DNA of 62,549 nt, the filler included, from Candidatus Delongbacteria bacterium (lineage in GTDB: Bacteria; UBA4055), in assembly GCA_016937995.1 (NCBI GenBank). It is 3 parts of 3 records of this genome, joined end to end, with 100 filler letters (N's around TTAATTAATTAA, not from the genome) between each part and the next. Parts side by side here need not be neighbours in the genome. Positions count along the whole stretch, not along the records: positions 1 to 31,460 come from JAFGVM010000074.1; 2 more parts are not named here. One strand, 5' to 3'. Both the position numbers and the translations under genes were made by a program. This document shows, one piece after another, positions 8,721 through 18,304 of the stretch. Every line of letters starts with the position of its first letter. Within the stretch, counting starts at the first letter, position 1. Below the pieces are notes generated by a model that saw only the letters and a program-made list of their open reading frames with translations, searched no databases and was not told where the DNA came from.

Positions 8721-11678
8721 ATGATATTTATGTTAGGTTTCCTGTTAAATAAAATATTCGGTACAAAGCAAGACAGAGATGCAAAAATTTATAAGCCCAT
8801 GGTTGATAAGGTCAATGAATATTATGATGCTTTCAATCAACTTTCTGAAGATGAGCTTAAAAATAAAACTGTTGAATTTAGAGAAAGATTAAAGAACGGT
8901 GAAACTGAAGAAGATATTATGCTTGAAGCATTTGGTGTTGTTAAAGAAGCCTGCAGAAGGATGATCGGTAATTCCTGGTCTATTGACGGAAGAATGCAGG
9001 AATGGAATATGATCCCTTACGATGTTCAGATCATGGGTGGTATTATACTAGCGAGAGGTTCGATTACTGAAATGGCTACAGGAGAAGGTAAAACACTTGT
9101 TGCTTTGTTCCCTGCTTATTTAAATGCTTTATCAGGTAAAGGTGTTCATATAGTCACAGTAAATGATTATCTGGCAAAAAGAGATAAAGACTGGATGGGT
9201 CATGTGCTTGAATACCTAGGTCTGACAGTAGGTGTTATTACTTCAGAAACAAAAGATCCTTCTCTTAGAAAACTTGAATATCAGAAAGATGTTCTTTATG
9301 GAGTTAATCATGAATTCGGATTTGATTATTTGAAAGATAATATGGTCCTCGATGTAGAGGATATGGTTCAGAGAGGATTTAATTATTGTTTGATCGATGA
9401 GGTCGATTCAATACTTATAGATGAAGCAAGAACACCTTTAGTGATCTCAGGATCTGTTCAAAAACAAAATGATCAGAGGTTCGATGTTTTAAAACCAAAA
9501 ATATTTGATCTGGTGAGAGAGCAGACAAAATTAGTGAACAAATATCTATCTGAAGCTGAAGAAATAATGAAAAGTGATGAAGATAATAATCAGGCATCAT
9601 TTTTAATCTTAAAAGCTTCAAAAGGTGCTCCAAAAAATAAAAAGTTACTGAAATTATTATCTTTACCCGGTGTCAAAACGAAAGTATTAAAAATGGAGAA
9701 CGAACTTCTCCGTGATAAGAACTTTCAGCAGGTGACCGAGGAATTATTTTACACTATCGAAGAAAGGTCACATAGCGTTGATCTATTCGTAAACGGTCAT
9801 GAATTCCTGGCAGGATCAGCTGAAGATATTAATATGTTCATCATACCCGATATGTCCACTGAATTACAAGAAATTGAAAAAATGGATATTTCCCGCATTG
9901 AAAAAGAGTCAAAAATAGAAGCCCTTCATACGGACTATGCTGAAAAAAGTGATAAAATCCATACGATCCATCAGTTGCTCAGAGCTTATGCAATGTTCGA
10001 GAGGGATGTCGATTACGTAGTTCAGGACGGAAGAGTGATCATTGTTGACCAATCCACAGGTCGTTTAAAATACGACAGTCGTTTCAGTAACGGAATGCAT
10101 CAGGCAATCGAGGCGAAAGAAGGAGTTAAAATTGGTGAAGATACACAAACTGTCGCATCGATAACGTATCAGAATTATTTTAGAATGTACCGAAAATTAA
10201 GCGGTATGACCGGTACAGCTGTAACGGAGGAAGGGGAATTTTACGAGATATACAGTTTGCCGGTTTCCGTTGTTCCTACTAATCTTCCTGTGGTAAGAGA
10301 AGATTACGAAGATTACATTTACATGACGAAAAAAGAGAAATATGAAGCTGTGATCGATCAGGTCATTAAACTTAGAAATGAAGGAAGGCCGATACTTTTA
10401 GGTACACCTGATGTCGATGTCAGTGAAATTATGCATAGACTGTTAAATCAGAGAAAAATACCTCACAATCTACTTAATGCTAAAAATCATGCTAGAGAAG
10501 CACAGATAATAAGAGATGCCGGAGTTTCAGGTACGATAACCATAGCTACAAATATGGCTGGTAGGGGAACAGATATCAAATTAGGTGATGGCGTCAAAGA
10601 AAAAGGCGGACTGGCTATTATTGGATGTGAAAGGCATGACTCGAGACGTATTGACAGACAGTTAAGAGGAAGAGCAGGAAGGCAGGGAGATCCAGGATCA
10701 TCCAGGTTCTATGTGTCACTTGAAGATAATTTGATGAGAATATTCGGTTCTGAAAGGATCTCAGGTATAATGGACAGGTTCGGAAGAAAAGACGGAGAAC
10801 CTATTGCTCATCCTTGGATAACAAAGTCAATCGAGAGAGCTCAAAAAAGGGTTGAGATGCATAATTTTGCGATGAGAAAGCATATCATCCAGTATGACGA
10901 TGTAATGAACAAAAAAAGGGATGTTGTATACAGAAGAAGAAGAGCTGCTCTGATAAAAGGTGCTATTAGCGATGGTATAGAAGTTCCGTTCGCAGAAGAA
11001 TATGGTATAGATCCTGGCGAAAGTATTTTCAAAGAGGTTGAAGATATGGTGGAGGATTATCTAAAGGAGATCATATTCATAGCAACTTCGTCTTCAAGAT
11101 CAGCCGAGAACTGGGATCTAGAATATTTGAACACAAATTTAATGAAAACAATGTTGATAAACGTTGATAAAGATAGTGGAGAATTTAATTCTCCGGATGA
11201 GCTTTTTGATAAATTATATGATCTGTCGATCGAGAAATTAAAAAGAAAGCAGGAAAAGATCGGCAACAATCTTTTTGATCTTTTGGCGAAGATAGCTATT
11301 GTAAAAATTATGGATAAAAACTGGCAGGAGCATTTAAGAGAAGATGATGATCTTAGAAGTGGAATAAGTTTGATGGCTCATGCGCAGAAAGATCCATTGA
11401 TCGAGTATAAAAGGAAATCTTTTGAATCGTTCAGAGATATGCTTTTAAAAGTCAACCAGGAAGCGCTGGAATTTATTTTTAAAGCAAATGTAGAGATCCA
11501 GAGGAGCGAGGAAGAGGAACGAAGAATGAAGGAGAAAGAGAGGGTTTCATCCCTGAAACTAGATAACAGCATTCAAAAAAAACAACCAACGGTCAAGAAG
11601 AGTGAAGAGAAAATTGGCAGAAATGATCCATGTCCGTGCGGAAGTGGGGAAAAATATAAAAATTGTCATGGTAAATAA
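8721..11678 (+). CDS. secA: Protein translocase subunit SecA
   Basis: MATGEGKT, DEVDSILIDEARTPL, TNMAGRGTDI and C-terminal SEC-C GRNDPCPCGSG. Confidence 0.98.
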   Translation: MIFMLGFLLNKIFGTKQDRDAKIYKPMVDKVNEYYDAFNQLSEDELKNKTVEFRERLKNGETEEDIMLEAFGVVKEACRRMIGNSWSIDGRMQEWNMIPYDVQIMGGIILARGSITEMATGEGKTLVALFPAYLNALSGKGVHIVTVNDYLAKRDKDWMGHVLEYLGLTVGVITSETKDPSLRKLEYQKDVLYGVNHEFGFDYLKDNMVLDVEDMVQRGFNYCLIDEVDSILIDEARTPLVISGSVQKQNDQRFDVLKPKIFDLVREQTKLVNKYLSEAEEIMKSDEDNNQASFLILKASKGAPKNKKLLKLLSLPGVKTKVLKMENELLRDKNFQQVTEELFYTIEERSHSVDLFVNGHEFLAGSAEDINMFIIPDMSTELQEIEKMDISRIEKESKIEALHTDYAEKSDKIHTIHQLLRAYAMFERDVDYVVQDGRVIIVDQSTGRLKYDSRFSNGMHQAIEAKEGVKIGEDTQTVASITYQNYFRMYRKLSGMTGTAVTEEGEFYEIYSLPVSVVPTNLPVVREDYEDYIYMTKKEKYEAVIDQVIKLRNEGRPILLGTPDVDVSEIMHRLLNQRKIPHNLLNAKNHAREAQIIRDAGVSGTITIATNMAGRGTDIKLGDGVKEKGGLAIIGCERHDSRRIDRQLRGRAGRQGDPGSSRFYVSLEDNLMRIFGSERISGIMDRFGRKDGEPIAHPWITKSIERAQKRVEMHNFAMRKHIIQYDDVMNKKRDVVYRRRRAALIKGAISDGIEVPFAEEYGIDPGESIFKEVEDMVEDYLKEIIFIATSSSRSAENWDLEYLNTNLMKTMLINVDKDSGEFNSPDELFDKLYDLSIEKLKRKQEKIGNNLFDLLAKIAIVKIMDKNWQEHLREDDDLRSGISLMAHAQKDPLIEYKRKSFESFRDMLLKVNQEALEFIFKANVEIQRSEEEERRMKEKERVSSLKLDNSIQKKQPTVKKSEEKIGRNDPCPCGSGEKYKNCHGK

Positions 11679-11704
11679 TTTAACAGGGAACTAAGGGAAA
11701 ATAA

Positions 11705-13957
11705 ATGAGCAAAGAGTTAGTTATTCTGGAGTCTCCAGGTAAAGTAAAAGCTATAAGTAAATATTTAGGACCATCATATCATGTAATAGCAAGTAATGGA
11801 CATGTTATTGACTTACCATCCAAGGAATTGGGTGTTGATATAGAAAATAATTTTAAGCCAACCTACAAAGTAATAAACAATTCGGGACAAGCTCAAAAGA
11901 TATTGAAAAAGATAGAATCTCTTGCAAAGACGAGCAGTAGAATCCTAATAGCAACTGACCCTGACCGTGAGGGAGAGGCTATTGGCTGGCATATTGCTAA
12001 CCGTCTCAAAGATTCAAATGACAAGATATTCAGAGTCACTTTCAATGAGATCACAAAAAAAGGGATCCAGAACGGATTGCAGAACGAGGGGAAGATAGAC
12101 CAGAACCTGGTAGATTCTCAGCAGGCAAGAAGAATAATGGACCGTTTGGTTGGCTATAAAATAAGTCCTTTTTTATGGAAAACAGTCACTAACGGATTAA
12201 GTGCAGGAAGAGTTCAATCTGTTGCTCTGAGAATTATTTGTGAGAGAGATAATGATATCCAAAAGTTCAACCCTGAAGAGTATTGGACGATAAAAGCACA
12301 ATTCAGTAATAAGGAAGAATTTTTTAATGCTGAACTTTTTAAAATAGACAATAAAGATTTCAAAGTTTCTAACTCAGATCAAGCTAAGAAAATTGAAAGT
12401 GAAATTAAAAAACAGTCGTTTAAAATTTCCAATATTTCAAAGAAAAAGATAAAAAAATCTCCAATGCCACCATTTATTACCTCCACATTATTGCAGTCAG
12501 GAGTAAATAAACTCGGTTTTTCATCAAAAAAAGTAATGCAGATAGCACAACAGCTGTATGAAGGTATAGAATTAGGCAGTAAAGGTGTTGTAGGTTTGAT
12601 CACATATATGCGTACAGATTCAACCAGAATATCAACTGAAGCAATTGATGAGTTGAGAGATTTTGTTACAAAAAAATTTGGTGTGGATTACGTAGCAAAT
12701 AAAACAAGGAAATTTAAATCCAAGAAGAACATTCAGGATGCTCATGAGGCAATCAGACCCACAAGTGTAAATTATGAGCCCAAAAAGATCCAGAATTATT
12801 TGTCGAAAGAGCAATTTAAAGTATATCAACTGATATGGTCACGATTTGTAGCAACTCAAATGAAAGATGCATTATACGACCAGACAGTTGTTGATATAGA
12901 TAGTGAGAACTATAAGTTTAGAATTAGTGGCAGAGTAATTGTTTTCAAAGGTTTTACTCAAGTGCAGAATTATAGCGATAATTTAGTAGATAAGGATGCA
13001 GAAGTTACATTGAAGCTACCAAAAAATATTGATGTAGGTAAGGAAGTTTATATTGATAAAGTATTTCCGGAAGAACATTTTACTAAGCCTCCACCCAGAT
13101 TTAATGAGGCATCTATTACCAAAGAACTTGAAGATGATGGTATAGGACGTCCGTCTACTTATGCGACCATAATTGAAAGATTGCTGGTGCAAAAATATAT
13201 AGAAAAAAAAGACAAAAAACTGATTTCCACAGAATTGGGAAATATAGTCAACAATATACTGGTTGAAAATTTTTCAGAAATATTCAATATCAAATTCACC
13301 AAGAAAATGGAAAAGAATTTAGACAAAATAGAATTTGGAGAAATTGAGATCCTTGATCTTCTCAATAAATTTTACAAACCTTTTGAAAAAACCCTTGAAC
13401 TTGTGAACCAGAAAAGGTCAGAGATCAAGAAAACCGCACAGGTCCTAACAGGTGAAAAGTGTCCTTCATGTAAAACAGGTGATCTAGTTATCAAATGGGG
13501 TAAAAACGGGAAATTTATTGCATGTAATAATTTCCCTAAGTGCAAGTATACTTCCTCTTTAGTTGATGAGAATGAAACAGTTAAAAAAGAGACCGAAATA
13601 GTTGGAAAATGCGAAAAATGCGGTAAGGGTTCCCTGGTTGTTAAATTTGGTAAATTCGGAAAATTTATAGCATGTGACAATTACCCTGAATGCAAAAATA
13701 TTATTTCAGAGCAGATCGAAGTAAACTGTCCGGTTGAGGGCTGTGACGGACACATAAAAAACAAGATAACAAAGAAAGGCAAAAAATTCTTTGGCTGCAG
13801 TAATTTTCCAAAATGTTCTTTTGCGACCTGGAATAAACCGATCAGTAAAACATGTGATAACTGCAAATATCCAATGCTCGAGGAAATAAACAACATAAAG
13901 ACTAAAGAAAGTTATTATGTCTGTCCGAGTTGTAAAAAAAAGTATGATGCTCTATAA
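11705..13957 (+). CDS. topA: DNA topoisomerase I
   Basis: ESPGK, DPDREGE, SAGRVQS, ITYMRTDS and C-terminal C4 zinc ribbons. Confidence 0.97.
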   Translation: MSKELVILESPGKVKAISKYLGPSYHVIASNGHVIDLPSKELGVDIENNFKPTYKVINNSGQAQKILKKIESLAKTSSRILIATDPDREGEAIGWHIANRLKDSNDKIFRVTFNEITKKGIQNGLQNEGKIDQNLVDSQQARRIMDRLVGYKISPFLWKTVTNGLSAGRVQSVALRIICERDNDIQKFNPEEYWTIKAQFSNKEEFFNAELFKIDNKDFKVSNSDQAKKIESEIKKQSFKISNISKKKIKKSPMPPFITSTLLQSGVNKLGFSSKKVMQIAQQLYEGIELGSKGVVGLITYMRTDSTRISTEAIDELRDFVTKKFGVDYVANKTRKFKSKKNIQDAHEAIRPTSVNYEPKKIQNYLSKEQFKVYQLIWSRFVATQMKDALYDQTVVDIDSENYKFRISGRVIVFKGFTQVQNYSDNLVDKDAEVTLKLPKNIDVGKEVYIDKVFPEEHFTKPPPRFNEASITKELEDDGIGRPSTYATIIERLLVQKYIEKKDKKLISTELGNIVNNILVENFSEIFNIKFTKKMEKNLDKIEFGEIEILDLLNKFYKPFEKTLELVNQKRSEIKKTAQVLTGEKCPSCKTGDLVIKWGKNGKFIACNNFPKCKYTSSLVDENETVKKETEIVGKCEKCGKGSLVVKFGKFGKFIACDNYPECKNIISEQIEVNCPVEGCDGHIKNKITKKGKKFFGCSNFPKCSFATWNKPISKTCDNCKYPMLEEINNIKTKESYYVCPSCKKKYDAL

Positions 13958-14061
13958 TCGGCAAGTACTGCACCAAATTAGGCTATCATGTGTATCACGA
14001 TTTAATCATTTGAAGTCCTGAACTTACGGCATATCAGTTCTCAAAAACAAAAAAATAAATC

Positions 14062-14091
14062 TTGACAAGTTAACAGCTTTAGGTTTATATT
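14062..14091 (+). promoter_or_regulatory. Putative sigma70 promoter of the parA-pil operon
   Basis: TTGACA-N18-TATATT. Confidence 0.5.
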
Positions 14092-14131
14092 CAGAACTGA
14101 TAGTTTTTTAATAATGAAAACAGGTATGATT

Positions 14132-14866
14132 ATGCGTAAAATTGCAGTTCTGTCATCAAAGGGCGGAACAGGTAAAACAACAACATCGATAAATCTGGCT
14201 CATGGTTTAGCTCTAATGGGTAGAAGTGTGCTTTTAGTTGACAGTGATCCTCAAAACACAATCGGTATCGTTTTCAACGTAAATCCTGAGAAAAATTTAT
14301 GTGATCTTCTTCTGAAGAGAAGAACAAGTATCACCAAAGTGCGTGAAAAACTTCATATTATAACTTCTGGAGGGAAGCAGTTAGTTGACACAGAAGTTAA
14401 GCTGACTAAAAAATTCGGAAAAGAATACAAGCTTAAAAAGAATCTGTCTCATTTGGAAGGTGTGGATTATATCATTCTGGATTGCGCTCCATCAATTAAC
14501 CTGATCAATGTGAACGTACTTACTTACTGTGATGAAGTGATCATCCCGATTGCAATGGATTTCTTATCTCAAATTGGGGCAAATCAAATATTAGGAATGA
14601 TCGATAATATCAGCAAATCGTATAATAAAAATCTTGACATATTAGGTGTTCTGCCGGTCTATTACAATGAGAAGAGAAAAATATCTTTGGAGACCGTTTC
14701 TATACTGAAAGAATTTTTTAAAGAAAAGTTATTCAATACATATATCAGAGAAGATGTGAATTTGAAAGAAGCACCAAGTTTTATGAAAACGATCTATGAA
14801 TATGCTCCTGATTCTATGGGTGCACAAGATTATTTTAAATTAGCTCAAGAAGTTGACAGTAGATAA
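14132..14866 (+). CDS. ParA/Soj family ATPase
   Basis: Deviant Walker A KGGTGKTT, DSDPQ, LDCAPS and EAPS; the MRKIA start is conserved in the second copy. Confidence 0.9.
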   Translation: MRKIAVLSSKGGTGKTTTSINLAHGLALMGRSVLLVDSDPQNTIGIVFNVNPEKNLCDLLLKRRTSITKVREKLHIITSGGKQLVDTEVKLTKKFGKEYKLKKNLSHLEGVDYIILDCAPSINLINVNVLTYCDEVIIPIAMDFLSQIGANQILGMIDNISKSYNKNLDILGVLPVYYNEKRKISLETVSILKEFFKEKLFNTYIREDVNLKEAPSFMKTIYEYAPDSMGAQDYFKLAQEVDSR

Positions 14867-14890
14867 ACTTAGTTTTTAAGGTATGATTTT

Positions 14891-16243
14891 ATGACTGATG
14901 ATCCTCAAAATGAATCAAAAAGCTTAGGTAGGAATATTTTCGCAGAAAATAAACCTCCAATTAGTGAAAAAAAAGTTGAAATTAAAACTAATGAAGATCA
15001 ACAACCTTCTGAATCGAGAAGTATAGGAAGGAATATGTTCTCAGAACCTTTAAAAGAACAAAGTTCTGCTGCTGGTGAATCAGGTGAATTTGAAATAAGG
15101 GAAAGTTCTTCCCTTCTTGATAAAACATCTAAAAAATCAAAGCCCGTTAAGAGTTCAGGAAAATCAAAACTCATAAATGCTCTTCATATCACGGATGAAA
15201 ACGTTGTGTTTGCTCAAACATTTTATGATGGTGCGAACTATAAATTATCCAATTTGCAAGTAGTTCCTATTGAACTGCCTAAGTTAACTGAAGAAAATGT
15301 GTTCAAAGATAAAGAAGATCCTATTATAGCCAGAAAAAGACTTCAGTTAGAAGCTATTAACAGAGTATTTTCAAATGCAGGGGTCTCAAAAAACGATCCG
15401 CATATAGTTTCGGCTCTAACCGGCAACAAAATTATCATAAAGGAAGTATTCTTAAAAAATACACCTGAAGAAAATATTGAAATTGAACTTCCGAAGGTTT
15501 TGCAATCTCCTTTTGATGCATTCAGCAGGTATGAGTATCTGAAACTCAGTTCAACAGGGACGGATCACAGGATTCTGGCTTCTATAGTTGACAGTAAAAT
15601 ATTTTTTGGGTATCAGTCTTTTCTTAACTCAGCAGAAGTTGAATGTAAGATACTGGATATTGACAAAATGGCTCTAATAAATCTGTATAATGAGTCAGTA
15701 AACCCGCCGATCGGGACTGTTGCCTGTATAATTGATATTGGAGAGGACAGTTCGAACATTATAATTGTTCCAAACGGTAACGAGGAACTTTATATCAGAA
15801 GTATAGATTTTACAGGTTCTCAATTTAGAAAGATGCTACAAAAGAACAGGGATATTTCTTCTGAAGAAACCGAAGAAATGTTAAGAACAAGAAATTTTTA
15901 TGATTACATTACCAAGGCTTTTGAGGCAGAAACTACTGAAAATCTAAACCAGCATTACGGTGTAAAAAAATATATCAGGATGCAGTTGTTAAGAGAATTA
16001 CAAAAGACATTCCAATATTATTCAGGTCAAAATCACAATAAAATACCTACAAAAATTTACGTTACAGGTAAAGCTGTTGGAATGAATAAATTCCCTCAAT
16101 TTATTACAAAGAATACAGATATACCTTGTGAATATTTAGATGTTGCAGGTTTTTTTGAGGGAGATGGAAATATGATCAAGTATGCAAATGAAACACAGGA
16201 TGTCTGCTATACTTGTCTTGGATTAGCTTTAAGGTATGAATAA
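14891..16243 (+). CDS. pilM: PilM-like (actin/FtsA fold) pilus assembly protein with N-terminal extension
   Basis: IIDIG, RELQKTFQYY, IYVTG and C-terminal GLALR; first gene of an MNOPQ-like cluster. Confidence 0.75.
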   Translation: MTDDPQNESKSLGRNIFAENKPPISEKKVEIKTNEDQQPSESRSIGRNMFSEPLKEQSSAAGESGEFEIRESSSLLDKTSKKSKPVKSSGKSKLINALHITDENVVFAQTFYDGANYKLSNLQVVPIELPKLTEENVFKDKEDPIIARKRLQLEAINRVFSNAGVSKNDPHIVSALTGNKIIIKEVFLKNTPEENIEIELPKVLQSPFDAFSRYEYLKLSSTGTDHRILASIVDSKIFFGYQSFLNSAEVECKILDIDKMALINLYNESVNPPIGTVACIIDIGEDSSNIIIVPNGNEELYIRSIDFTGSQFRKMLQKNRDISSEETEEMLRTRNFYDYITKAFEAETTENLNQHYGVKKYIRMQLLRELQKTFQYYSGQNHNKIPTKIYVTGKAVGMNKFPQFITKNTDIPCEYLDVAGFFEGDGNMIKYANETQDVCYTCLGLALRYE

Positions 16244-16273
16244 TATTTTTATAATAAAGGACGATCATAAAAC

Positions 16274-16909
16274 ATGTACAAATTTAATTTCTTACAAAAA
16301 ATAAACATTGAGAAGATAGAAACTAACAAAAGAAGTAAATTTATTACGACTGTCTTTACGATATCACTTTCTGCACAGTTATTGCTATTATCTCTACTAT
16401 ATTTAAAATCTTTGAACGTGAATTCCAGCTACGATACCGCAATACAGGAAAAGGAAAAACTTGAAGTTCAAACTAAAGAATTCAGAAAAAAAGATTTTAT
16501 TAGCTATAAAAATCTTCAGCATATTTATAACGTACAAACATCGAGGCGTCAGTTATCATACATATTTAAGTCCTTTGAAAATTCAGTTGATTCTACTGTG
16601 ATCATTGAGAGAGCTGATTATGAATCCTCTGAAATCAGGCTGGATATTATTTCAAGGTCAAGTGGTAGTAAGTCTAAGCTTATGAGTGAAATGAATATAA
16701 TAAAGAGCAGACTGAGTGAAGAACTGATATCTGAAAATTTTATTTCTAAAGCATCTGACATAGATCTGATCAGAGGTCCTGATCTAAAAAGTAAAGAAAA
16801 GAACAGTGACGGAACTCAATATTGGTCATTCAGTTATTTGATCAAAATGCAAAAGAATGCAGTTAACACTGTAAAGAAAAAACCTGTTGTACCGGAAGTC
16901 AAAATTTAA
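16274..16909 (+). CDS. PilN-like protein
   Basis: N-terminal FNFL resembling the PilN INLL PilM-binding motif; single TM then coiled coil; position after pilM. Confidence 0.6.
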   Translation: MYKFNFLQKINIEKIETNKRSKFITTVFTISLSAQLLLLSLLYLKSLNVNSSYDTAIQEKEKLEVQTKEFRKKDFISYKNLQHIYNVQTSRRQLSYIFKSFENSVDSTVIIERADYESSEIRLDIISRSSGSKSKLMSEMNIIKSRLSEELISENFISKASDIDLIRGPDLKSKEKNSDGTQYWSFSYLIKMQKNAVNTVKKKPVVPEVKI

Positions 16910-16934
16910 AATAACTTAGGTTAACCGTATATAT

Positions 16935-17516
16935 ATGAAAAGAGAATATTTATTTATACTTGTCACAATAGTTGTAGCTATCTTAGGATTGATCTACAAG
17001 GGAATGTTCGTTGCTGATAAACTGGATGAGACACAGAACATAATAATTGAGAATAATGATAGGTTGGCCAAATTCAAAAGAGATACACTAGTTCAGAGCA
17101 ATGCCAAAAACCTTGTTTTAATGAGGGAATTAAACAAAAGAGATAACAGAAGTTATGGCGAAGTCATAGCGGAATTGTTAAAAACTACTGAAGATATCCT
17201 GAAAGAATCAAATATCAAATATAATGTGAATGACATAAATCAGGAACAGGAATCAGCAAGTAATAAAAACTGGCCACAAATGAAAGAAAGTTTTTATATA
17301 AATGTTAATTTCACTACAAGCTACGAGAACTTAATGGTACTAATGAACACGATAGAAAGACATAAGTTATTAGTAAGTGTATCTTCTTTGTCTTATTTTC
17401 GTGCAAAACCAGTCAGAGATTCGAAAGAGAAAGGTCCCGGAGTACATGTTGACGAATATGCAATAAAAGCTCCACTTATTGTTACCATGAGATTAGAGTA
17501 CATAAAATTCTTATAA
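16935..17516 (+). CDS. PilO-like protein
   Basis: N-terminal TM; FTTSYENLMVLMNTIE resembles the PilO/GspM ferredoxin-like motif. Confidence 0.6.
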   Translation: MKREYLFILVTIVVAILGLIYKGMFVADKLDETQNIIIENNDRLAKFKRDTLVQSNAKNLVLMRELNKRDNRSYGEVIAELLKTTEDILKESNIKYNVNDINQEQESASNKNWPQMKESFYINVNFTTSYENLMVLMNTIERHKLLVSVSSLSYFRAKPVRDSKEKGPGVHVDEYAIKAPLIVTMRLEYIKFL

Positions 17517-17535
17517 CTTAGGATGATCATTAAAA

Positions 17536-18225
17536 ATGAAAGACTTTGATAAATTACAGATAGTAGTTATAATAATATCACTCATAGCAATTGCAGTAAC
17601 TGCTATTCAGGTGATCACTATGAACACAGAGATAAAAGATGAAGGTATGAGCAGATATCAGGCAAGTGTGGATAGTGTAAAGCAGTCAGACAGTATTTAT
17701 TTTAAATTCAAAACCAGTGAATTATTCACAGACAGAGATGCCAGTAATTTTAAGATCAAAGAGGTCAAAAAGGTTATTCAAGATAACAAACCTGTAGAAA
17801 AAAAGGTTGAAACTTATTGGGTCAATACAGGTATAGAATTATTCCCCAAAGATAAAGTCACATTTACGATGTTCTTTAACGACCAGGCTACTTTTAATAT
17901 TGACGGGAAAAATCAAAAACTTAAGGTAGGTGAGAAGTTAACGGTCGGAAATCTGATAATGAAACAGAAATATAAAGAATCTAATCAGTTTACAGGAAAT
18001 TCTAAGCTTGGGAATGAATACTCTGGAAAAATATTGGCAATAGCAGCAAGATATGTGTATGTAGAACATTATAAATCAAATTTAGCGATTAAATATAAAC
18101 CTAACCAAGACCCTACTGTTGTATCAAAGGATCTTGTTCCAACAGAGTCTTCTAATCAGGAAACATCTGACGAAAAAGACAATTCCGGTGATCAGGATGA
18201 TAAAAGTGGAAGAAGAAGAAGGTAA
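17536..18225 (+). CDS. PilP/GspC-like protein
   Basis: N-terminal anchor; NIDGK..LKVGEKL..GKILAI beta domain; directly before the secretin. Confidence 0.5.
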   Translation: MKDFDKLQIVVIIISLIAIAVTAIQVITMNTEIKDEGMSRYQASVDSVKQSDSIYFKFKTSELFTDRDASNFKIKEVKKVIQDNKPVEKKVETYWVNTGIELFPKDKVTFTMFFNDQATFNIDGKNQKLKVGEKLTVGNLIMKQKYKESNQFTGNSKLGNEYSGKILAIAARYVYVEHYKSNLAIKYKPNQDPTVVSKDLVPTESSNQETSDEKDNSGDQDDKSGRRRR

Positions 18226-18304
18226 GGTTGTAATCAGTCAGTTAAAAATAGTATCTTCATAATTGTATATAAAGAAAATAATTAATTTAATAGGGAGACG
18301 GATA